64,000 bases of DNA, taken from contig RSEE01000004.1 of assembly GCA_003971905.1 (NCBI GenBank), positions 434,001 to 498,000 on the forward strand, read 5' to 3'. A model generated the notes under the pieces. It did no database searches, had not been told where the DNA came from, and worked only from the letters and a program-made list of their open reading frames with translations. Positions 35,058-44,829 of the stretch are shown here, in pieces. The position numbers were made by a program, and so were the translations under genes. This DNA comes from Moniliella sp. 'wahieum' (Eukaryota). Numbering within the stretch: the stretch's first letter is position 1; each line of letters starts with the position of its first letter.

Positions 35058-38000
35058 ATGGCGTTTGCATATTCCTCCCCCCGTCTGCGCAACCACTTCT
35101 AACCACACCCCATCCGCGCGCCCCGGCCGCTGCTCCCCCTCGCTGCCGCCCGCCCGCCTGTCCGCGTCGATGGTGCCGCCGCCCTATCCTGCGCTTAGCG
35201 TCGGCCCCACCGACGCCCCCCCCCGCCAGCCTGGCCAGGCTGGGCAAGGAGGAGTTCTACGTGCGCCACCCCCGCGTGGCGTCTTGCATGCGCACCTGCT
35301 CTCCCACGCGCACAGCACCCTTGTGGCCGACGACCCTACCCCTCCCCCTCGCCTCCACCCTCGAGGCGGTCGATGCGTTGCTCGAACTTCTCGACCGCCT
35401 CCCTGCGGTGGTCCGACCAGCCCACTCCGCCCCCCGCCCGCCGATCCCACCTTTCCGGCGAGCCTTCTTCGGATCCGGCGCCACCCGAGCTCGAGATGCC
35501 GCGCAATGCCAAGGAGTTGGCCGGGATGCTGATCAACGACGAGCTGCTGCGGTTCTACGTGCAAGATCTGCAGAGCAGCGATTTGCCGCACCTGATTGCA
35601 CTCGTTGAGATTCTGTATGCCTTGCAGCGCATCATTCGCCCCGACAAGTTTGCGTTTGATTGGTGGGACCTGCTGCTTCGGCCGGTACTGAAGAATGAAG
35701 GCGTGGGACTGGGCACGGCGGCCAAGGCGCGGGATTTGACCGTGGTTGCAATGAGCGCGGCGGCCAAGTCATCGTACCGCGACGAACCGCGGCCGCAAGA
35801 TCCGCTTGCCAAGATGGTGCTGTGCGATGCGCTGCTCGACTCGCCGATCGCGCCGGGCGCGAGTCGGTCACCTTCCTTGGCTCGCACCTTGCGCGGCCGC
35901 GCACGCAGCTCCTCCGAGCCAGGTACCCAGGTGCCCGCTTCGTCTCTCTTTACCCCGCGCAGCTGGCACGGCGAGAAGGACCCCAAAGCGTTCGCCCAGC
36001 GCATCTTTGATCTCTACGTTTCCGAACTGACCCATGTCGACGACGAGGCGGCTGTGGCCGTGTCGGTATGGCAGTTCAACCTGGAAGAGGTGTTGCTTAA
36101 ATTTGGAGAGCGCGCCGCCCCGCGCTTCTTTCATCATGTGGCCGAGACCATGACGCGGCCCGAGGCTCGGCTGTGCTTGTTGGAGCTGCTGGTCACCTTC
36201 TTCACCTTGGCCCCCAACTTGATCTACCTCGTTACGCTCACCAAGCTCGTGCAGAAGGTCATGTGGTCCCTCCAGGTCGACACGGCTCCCTCAGTCGTCA
36301 CGGTTGGCTTGCGCGTGGTGACCATGCTTCTGCCGCACATCCCCGATTGGATCGCCTCGGGCGGGGCGGGCGGGTTGCCTGCCTTCTTTTTTGTTTCTTG
36401 CTCGCGTCTTGGACTGGGTTCGCCCCCTCGACGACGGGGAGAGTGCGTCAGGGACGGAAGGGGAAGAGGAAGGGGAAGAAACAGAAGAAACAGGCGTGCT
36501 GGACGCGGCGGGGGCATCAGTGCCTTCGCACCGAGCCCGATTGAAGCTCAAGCCTGGCTTTACTTGGGAACGATTAAGTACGTTGGTTGGTTGGGTTGTG
36601 TCACCAATGCTCTCCTCTGTATTCCTGACATGGACCGGTACTGACCTCGCGTGTGGCTTTCTCAGCGCCTGCCAAGGACACGTTGGAACTGCGCGCGCCG
36701 GACCCGCAACCGCTCTTCACGTTTCTTTATGGCACGTTCCCCTGCAACACGATCCGGTTCATCCGCAACCCCCCCCTACCTCGAACTGAGTCGGTACGAG
36801 TCGCCGTACCAGGCCGCTTGGACCGACTTGGTCGACAAGGAGCGCGTTCAGCAAGCCGTGCGTCCCATTCTCAAAAAACACGCGCTCCACCCGGCCCTCA
36901 TCCGGCGTGACGCCCAAGAAGAGCTGCACGATTCGATGCGATGGAGCGAACATGACCCTACCACGGTGGCCACCAAGTCGGTGCGCCTCTACATTGATCC
37001 CTGGCGTTCTCGTAGTGGCCACGACGACTTGCCCACTCCTTCGCTCAGCGAACAAAGTCCCGCCCGGCTCCGCTCTCGGGCCCGTCCAGTCCCGCCCAAC
37101 GCCGCCAAGCTTCGCCCCGCCCCCAATTGCCGCTCGGACCCAGTGCCGAGTCGGGAGATGGCAGACGAAAGCCCCCAGCCGGTACAGGAGATCCTGGGAC
37201 AGTATGCCAGTGCCAAACGCAGTGCTCCGTTGACCCATGCACGTTCGCGCTCCTACGTCTCGACCTCGACGCCGGTCATGTCGCGCGCAGCCAGCGGCGA
37301 GGCCGGCGGGATCAGTCCTGTGCTTGCCTCCTCCGCCACCTTTGCCCCCCCTCGGCTGAAGATGAGGAGGAGCCCCACGGACAGGACCCGGTGCCCAGGC
37401 CAGGATCCAGTACCGCGTCCAAATCCGGTCCCGATCCGGCCGGTCGCGGGCGCCACTCGATGCGGCCGACCTTGCTTTCGGAGCGGACACGGTCGCGCGG
37501 CGACTCTGGCACGGGCAAGACGGACGTCAGTCATCCCGATTCCAGCCTGGACGCGGCGCCTGGGATGCTCTTCTCGCCGCCGCTGCCGCCGCATCAACCG
37601 CAGCCGCCAGACGAGCAACCGAGCTCGGCGGTGCGTCTGCAAAAGGAAAACATGCTTCTCCGCAGCGAATTGGCATATGAAGTGTATCTCCAAAGCCAGC
37701 ACTTGTCCCATATTGGTCATGTGCACAACAAGCGGATCGCCAAGACGGCGGTGCAGACCCAAGAAGCTAACCTCAAGTACCATGTTCGTCAACTGACGGC
37801 GCAACTCAACGAGGCCGAACGTGCCTACCGTCTGGACCGCGAGCGGCTCGTCGCCGCCGCACGCGGCTACAAGGCGTGGCAAACGACCCAGAGCCAGCGG
37901 TACACGAGCCATTCGCAAAAAGAGCGTGCGTGGCGCAGGGAGCGGGCGCAGCTCCTGACCCAACTCGAGCTCTTGACGCGCGACAAGGCGCAGTTGCAGC

Positions 38001-38592
38001 ACCAAGTCCAACACGAGGCGCATGACAAGGAACGCTTGATGGGCGATTTGCAACTGCTTCGGCCCGAAGTGGCGCAGACGCATGCGTATGCCGAACGCGT
38101 GCGCCAGCTCACCGCCGCGCTGACCCATTGGGACAAGGACGTGGACAAGTACCGACTGCAGCGGAAGGAGATGCTGTCGCTGCTGTCGCGTGGGACACCA
38201 TGGCGCGGCAATACGCCACTGCGCACCAACGCATGGCTCAGGCCGAGGCACGCCAGTCCCAGGCCCAAGAACGCGTGACGGCGTTGGAACGCACGGTGGA
38301 GGAGCTGCGAAGAAAAGTGGCAGAGCAGCAGGACGCGCTGAACCACCTTGTATCCCAGCGCCCGGCGTCGATGGGCGACAGTGACGGACGGACGGTGCCG
38401 CTGGGGCAGGCTGGACAACACAAGCCATGGGAACCGAGGCCGAGCAGGGACAGTGCACCAGCTGTTTGAGATGCAGTGCGAACTGGACAAGTTTCGCATC
38501 TACGAGCAGATGGTGCACATGTACCACGCCGACACGGACCCTGGCCCCGCCCGGCTGCCCGCGCTGCCGACGGTGGCGGCGACGCAGCGGTA
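35058..38592 (+). CDS. TSC1: Hamartin (tuberous sclerosis 1 homolog)
   Basis: FDWWDLLLRPVL, SLQVDTAPSVV..LRVVTMLLPHIP, PLFTFLYGTFPCNTIRFIRNP, HALHPALI..AQEEL and LLRSELAYEVYLQSQHLSHIG, followed by a long C-terminal coiled coil. Intron at about 36578-36665; frameshifts. Confidence 0.9.
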
Positions 38593-39552
38593 GAACTAGA
38601 ACTATCAACGAGGGAGACGGAGAGGAAAAAACACGTGTTGGTTGGCATCCCCCCCTGTGCGCGACACGGTGCAGGGCGCTGCGTCGGGATGGAATCAATC
38701 AATTTGGGCCTGGGGATGTGCCGGGTGTAGCAACGGCAATGTGGGGCAGAGGCGATGGTGGATGGGATGCAGGCCAGGGGGGGAGGGGAGCGAGGGGCGC
38801 GCGGATGCCGCTGAGGCTGAGGCCGGGGACGTGTTGGCTGGGACGACGGTTGACGCATTGACGCGGGAAGCTACGTATAACCCACACTATCCACTTCCAT
38901 TCACAATCCTGCGCGCGGCGGAATTGGGCTTGGCTTCAATTTCAACGTCCCCAACCGCGTTCGTTGTGCTTCGAACGGGAGGCTGCGCTGGGCTCGGCTG
39001 CGTCGTCTGGCCTGGTCGGCGGGGCGTAGAATGCCCGCACCACACGCACACATGCGCCCGCCGCACGCAGCCAGCCCACGCGCCCACGCATGCGATGCCC
39101 AGCACCCGCACGGTAACCCCCGCCCATGGCAGACCAACGCAGACCACGGCACAGCGGGGCAGCGGAGGGAGCGCGTGGGAGGCGCCGAGGCGGAGCCTGC
39201 CGCTGGGCGGATGAGCAGCGGAAGAAATTAGAATATTGCATTTCCAGCGCCCGAGTTGCCAGAGCAGGCCGACCCAGGCTGGCCTCCAACTCAGCGCCTC
39301 GCGCCCTGCCTCCTCAGGGCCTCACACCGCCTCACCCCCGTCACCACATCCGCACCCGCTCACCTCTGCCACGGACGCCCACCCCCCTCCCCACGCATCG
39401 CACCCCAGCCCCCCCCCCTCCCCTGTTCCCCGCGCGCCCTCGCCCGCGCCCCCCTCCCCCTCCCACCCCCCTCCCACCCCGACTTGGTACACGCGTAGCG
39501 CTCACCGTCGATCCCTGCAACATCCTACTTCTTGCCTCTGCACCACACGACC

Positions 39553-42095
39553 ATGGCCCCGTCCGAGGCACCCAACGGTGCCTCCAGTACGTTTCTATCC
39601 GCCGCCCCCGACTCGGCACCCAGTGACCCTCTCCGTGACACCGTCCCCGCCGATGCATCTCCCTCGGCAACGGCCACCGAGGCGCTTGACCTCTCCTCTG
39701 TCCACGCTGCCAAAGCCCGCTCTGACCCCGAGTCTGGGCCGGAGCCTGAGATGGAGACCATGACCCAGTCGCACACACTCGACTCTGCCCCCTCGCCTCC
39801 CTCGGCTCCCCCCGATTCATCTGCGCTCCCACCCCCAGACAAGCCAGAGTTGGTGCTTCCAACGACGGACGCTCTTCCCACGGCCATCCCCGTGTTGGCC
39901 CCATCCCCGCACCCTGCTCCAGACCAGGCACCTGAGCTTGCTTCCTCTCCCGCGCTGCACGTGTCCACCGTGGCTCAGGTGCCTGCACCGGCCCCAAGCA
40001 CAGCGAACCAGCCTGCTCACCCTCTCAAAATGCGTTCACGCGTGTCGGTGCAGCAAGAGGGCCAAGATGCCAGTAACGGCACGATTCTTGAGGTGGCCAG
40101 CCGGCTTGTTGAGCCTCGTCCGTCAACCCTACGCGCCAACAGCAAGGCGCCGGAGCCCGAGGCAGAGCTCAAGTACCAGTACTATGTCCACTTTGATGAC
40201 ACTGACCACCGTATGGACCGCTGGGTGGATGCTGCGTTTGTCTCCCCGCCCGTGGTGGAGCGGGAAGTGACGCCGCGTTCCCTCGTCCAGCTCGGGGAAT
40301 GGTACGGCCTCGAGCCAGGTGGCCAGCTCAGGGCTAGGAAAGCGCAAGCGGATTGCTGAGGTACGCTCCACCTTTGGCCTTTGCCTTTTTGTTGCGGGTG
40401 CAGAGAACTGACTCCTAGCCCCACCTTGTAGGCCGATAGCTTAGGAAAAGGTCTGTTTGACCCGGACTATGTCGTACCCACCGAGCCTTCGAGTCCCAGC
40501 CTGGGCGGCCTTACCTTCTCCACGCCGCCTCGGGCCCGCGAGCACCGTGAGCGCGATCGCGATCGTACCCGCCATTTAGTACGCAACGTTCAACGGTACG
40601 CACTGCCCTGCCCCCTTGTTGGTCTCGGAGGAGCCGGAGCCAAGGACTGACCTTGCTTTTCTAGCGTCGTGTTTGGTACCCATGACATTGCGACCTGGTA
40701 CTATTCCCCTTACCCGCTCGAGGACGAGGTAGGGGAGCCTGAGCCGAACGGGCATGCACACCCACACCCACACGCCCGCGCGCTCTCCCGTCCGGGAACC
40801 ATGTGACGACAACGGCCCACGGTCAGCGACAAGTGGCGTCGTTGTTTGTGTGCGAGGGGTGCTTCAAGTACATGCGAACATCGGATGGGTGGAAGGCACA
40901 CACCAAGGAGTGCACCTTCAAGCATCCGCCAGGACGGAGAGTGTACCAACGCGGGGCACATACCATCTGGGAGGTGCAGGGGCGTGAGCAGAAGCTGTAT
41001 GCGCAATGTCTCAGTCTGTTTGGCAAACTCTTCATCGACCACAAGACCATCTTTTTTGACGTGGAGCCGTTTGTGTTCTATGTGCTGACGGACGCCTCCT
41101 CTTCCTTCGACCATCCGATGGGGTACTTTAGCAAAGAAGTCGTCTCGTACGACGACTACAATCTGGCGTGCATCGTCACCTTCCCGCCTTACCAAAAGGG
41201 CGGGTTTGGATCGCTGATGGTCGAGTTTTCCTACTACCTCTCCGCTCGGGCTGGGTACTTGGGCACGCCCGAGCGACCTCTGTCGGACCTGGGACTGCGC
41301 GGCTACCGCTCCTTCTGGACCAAGGTGCTGCTGCTCATGCTGGGCTATGCATTTAACCTCACCACGGTCCGGAGCGCGGTGTACCCCAAGATCCAAGTTA
41401 ACGACGAAGCGACGATGAGTGCCGCTGCGCGCCTGGCCAGTCGGGTCGCCTTGGCCGATTGGCGCATCGAGGTGGCGCGCGTGCGCGCGCTGTTGGCCGG
41501 AAAACCTGCGCCTCTGTATCCCGGAACGATCCCCGAAGAGCAAATGTCCGAGTCGGAACGGCAAGTGTCCCGGCGCCAGCGCCGTGCCCTGCGAGGCTGG
41601 GCGGGGGAAGCGGCACCTGCCACCAGCTCGCTGGCCGGATCGGCTCTGACCCCAGCCCTCGCTGCCGGGGAAGTGGATGATTCGATGGCTGCGGGACCGG
41701 CAGCGAGCGCGGGCAGCGACGTCGCCACACTTCTCTCACCCCTTCTGAGGTTGGTGCTGCGCCGCCGGCCTCGGTGCGAGAAGGCGAGCATGGTCGGCAC
41801 CTTCCCGCCTCGTTTATGGCCTCGGTCGATGTGACTGCTGAGCCGGCGGAGCTGTCAACGGTGGAGACGACGATGGAGTGTCTGGCGCGAGCGTGCAACT
41901 TGCGCGCCGAGGACTGTTGTGTCGCCCTGGCCCACAGCGGCTTGCTTGTCGCTCGTCTGGACCCGGCACGGTCCAGCCAAGCAGCCGGGAGAACGGTGCC
42001 GGCGATTCTGTTGGCGAAAGAAAAAGTGGGAGCAACAGTTGGCGCAACGGACGATCAAGAAGCCCCTGATGGAACTCAAGTACGTGCTGATCTAA
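39553..42095 (+). CDS. MYST-family histone acetyltransferase with a Tudor-knot/chromobarrel and a C2HC finger (Sas2/MOF/Esa1 group)
   Basis: YYVHFDDTDHRMDRWV, TWYYSPYP, LFVCEGCFKYM, HPPGRRVY, QCLSLFGKLFIDHKTIFFDV, YNLACIVTFPPYQKGGFG and GTPERPLSDLG. Introns at about 40361-40430 and 40595-40664. Confidence 0.93.
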
Positions 42096-43013
42096 GAGTT
42101 GGGATGCCTCCGACGCCCCCTCGAACTATCTCCCATTCCAATTGTCAGACTGCCTGGTAAACATGCCAGCGTGCTAGACGCCCAGAAGAAGTGGGGGTAG
42201 TGATGCTCAGGATATCGATGCAGCAGTGGCGGGGCGGGACACGGTTGTGTCCAGACTGAGCTCGTTGGTACTGGAAACGGGCGGCGACACTGTAGTATCC
42301 AAAGTCCCTAACCAAGTTATCCCTCGTCAAAGCCCTGCAAGGCTGGATGGATCAGCCAGGAATGCGACTCGAATTCGTCTCGAGCTCAAGGATTTGGGCG
42401 TTAGAAGGACAACAGATAGAGGCTTTGGACCAAAACAAGGAAGACGGCTTCACAGAATGTGCCTGGTGGAGCGGATGGTCGCTGAGCTCACGGCACTTCT
42501 GTTCCCCACCCCATTACTTTTCATGATGAGGACGATAACATCGGCGCCTTAATGGTGTTAGTTCTGACCAATGCGTCTCCAATCCCTCCTCAGGCCGATC
42601 AGCTCCGATGTTTTCGAGCTTATGTTTTCCCAGTTGGGCAACCAGTCCAACTGAAATATGGCCTCTTGATGCCATGGAAGTGTCGTCACTTGGTTGGCCT
42701 GGACCAACACCACTACTACTAGTGCGAGTGTATATATTCGGACTGGGCGTGGTGGAGAGAATGATCTGTGATCACTGGTCGCGTCGCGTTCACCGGTCGC
42801 CTACAAACACCGAAGGATATGAAATGTTGAACAGTCGGGTCCCTCTCGTCCCTTGGAAGGCGTTACGCGTTATGCTTATGGCCGAAGCGAGCAAAAAATT
42901 TGAAGCCCAGCCGAGACAGCGCCTTGCCATAATGGATTCAGAAGAGAGAACCCTCGACGCCTCTGTCCTGCTTGCCCCCACCCACCGTCCCACGACGCTG
43001 CCGCCAGCCCAGC

Positions 43014-44657
43014 ATGGATGCCAACACGAAGGTCGCCCTCGAGCTTCTCACTTTCCTCTCGGATCCCAACAACGCGGTGCGCCAAATGGCCGTCGAGCAT
43101 GTTGCCGGCTTCTCGGCCAAGGACAGCCCCTTCCGCAAGCTGCTCACTGCCGCGCCCAACACCCTCTCCGCACCCAATGGCCGTGGCATCCTGGTTGGGC
43201 GCAACCACCGCCCCGTGGACCAGATTGAGGATCTCAAAGCGCTGTGCAAGGACCAGCCCATGGCTGCCCATCCCGCATTTTCGGCCTTGATCAACCTGGC
43301 GGACGAGCCAGGGTTGAGGGCGCGCATCGGCGACAAGGAGTTTCTCACTTTTCTCGTTGTATACATTGCCGATCCCGTGTCGCTCCTAGCCGATATGGCC
43401 TGCATGCTCCTTTCCAACCTGACCCAAGACGACAAGGTGTCCGGCGACCTGCTCAACCTTCAGGTCAAGCAGGCACCCTTTTACCAGTTTGTCCAGCAGG
43501 GCGACATTCAATCTCTCATGGGTGCCATGGACGCCGACCCCAACGCTCCCGACTTTGAGGCCAAGAAGGCCGAGATGCAAGAGCGTGCATCTCGCTTGGC
43601 AGCGCAGGCACGAAAGCAAGAGGAGGAGTCCAAGAAGCTTGTACCAGCGCTCAATCGTCTTCTCGATGCTTTTGAGGAGGGCGCCGCAGTCGCCAGCAAC
43701 GCCTCATCGCTCGAAGAGATGAAGGCAAGGGTGGAAAAGGCACAAAAGGATGCGAACAACGGGCAAGCACCCAAGCCCCAACTAGGCCCCGATGGTAGGC
43801 CCAAGCTCGAGCGCAAGTCCAACTGCAACTTTCTAGCCAGCGTATTCGCCAACGTTTCCATCGTCCCCAAGGGCCGTTCTTGGTTTGTGGAGCCCACGCA
43901 CACTACTTCCCAATCCGAAAGCTTGGCCCTGATTGCTTCAGAAGGCAACATCCCTGCTGCTTCCTACCCCATCGCCCGCATCATGATCTACACGGAGCAC
44001 CCCGACCTGATTCGGCGAGGCGGTGTGGTGAGCACGCTCAAGTACGTACCTGCTTCCTCACTCGTTCGTTCCCCTACTAACGTTGGCATTCATAGAAACG
44101 TGCTCTTCCTCAAGACTGAACACAGGATGCTCGTTGCTCCGCCGAGCCACGTGCCCGAAGGCAAGAAAGCACACGTTGAGGCCTTGGCATCGGTCAAGCG
44201 TCCCTCGGCCGGACTGGACATTTTGCCCTCGCTGTTGATCCCGCTTGTGGATGGGAAGGAGGTGGCGGAATTGGACATGGAAGACCAAGAGTCACTGCCC
44301 GAGGCGTGCCAGTTCCCTTCGGAAGACAAGAAGCGAGAGCGCGATCCCGCACTGCGACTGATGCTGGTCGAATCCCTGCTGTTGCTGTGCACGACGCTGT
44401 ATGGACGGGAGTGCCTGCGCCATCGGGGGGTGTACATTGTGGTCCGGGAGGCCCACCTGCGCGAAGAGGACGAACGGATTACCGAAGCGGTGGTCCGCTT
44501 GGTCAACATTCTCCAGCGCGACGAGAGCGAGGCTACTCTCAAGGAGCTGGATGACGATGCCGGGGAGGCTCCGCAGGTCACACCAGCCAAACGTCCCGCC
44601 GAGGTGGAGGAGGAGGAGGAGGAGTACGACCCCGACTTGGTCATCGAGGAGATCTGA
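43014..44657 (+). CDS. HGH1: Hgh1 (eEF2 chaperone; DUF383/DUF384)
   Basis: ELLTFL, ADMACMLLSNL, NFLASVFANVS, IRRGGVVSTLKN, DKKRERDP..LVESLLLLCTT..GRECLR..VYIVVREAH and RLVNILQRDE. In-frame intron at about 44043-44096. Confidence 0.93.
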   Translation: MDANTKVALELLTFLSDPNNAVRQMAVEHVAGFSAKDSPFRKLLTAAPNTLSAPNGRGILVGRNHRPVDQIEDLKALCKDQPMAAHPAFSALINLADEPGLRARIGDKEFLTFLVVYIADPVSLLADMACMLLSNLTQDDKVSGDLLNLQVKQAPFYQFVQQGDIQSLMGAMDADPNAPDFEAKKAEMQERASRLAAQARKQEEESKKLVPALNRLLDAFEEGAAVASNASSLEEMKARVEKAQKDANNGQAPKPQLGPDGRPKLERKSNCNFLASVFANVSIVPKGRSWFVEPTHTTSQSESLALIASEGNIPAASYPIARIMIYTEHPDLIRRGGVVSTLKYVPASSLVRSPTNVGIHRNVLFLKTEHRMLVAPPSHVPEGKKAHVEALASVKRPSAGLDILPSLLIPLVDGKEVAELDMEDQESLPEACQFPSEDKKRERDPALRLMLVESLLLLCTTLYGRECLRHRGVYIVVREAHLREEDERITEAVVRLVNILQRDESEATLKELDDDAGEAPQVTPAKRPAEVEEEEEEYDPDLVIEEI

Positions 44658-44829
44658 GTGCACTCGTTGTCGTCGGTCTACGCTACCTTTGCCTTTTTTT
44701 CTGCTTGCTCATATGCATCTCTTGCGATATCTGGTGCGACTGGTGAGCCCGGATTGGAAGTGGATGGGGGGTAAGGTAGTCAAATAGCCCGTAACGTGTG
44801 CGTTTCAGGTGCAAACATCAAGCTAGCGT

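Noticed and set aside
37253..38698. Long antisense or alternative-frame ORFs (e.g. 37253-38698, 54050-55087, 30958-32109, 16335-17528)
   Set aside because: These are shadows of real genes or of stop-poor GC-rich DNA, and their translations are low-complexity with no motifs.
42690..42725. Second Helitron-like end (GTTGG-loop-CCAAC ... CTAGT)
   Set aside because: A 5-bp stem is too weak to distinguish from chance.
42891..42903. RRPE-like AAAAAATTT upstream of HGH1 (and TTTTTTCA upstream of RIO1)
   Set aside because: Only partial matches, not distinguishable from generic poly(dA:dT) promoter tracts.
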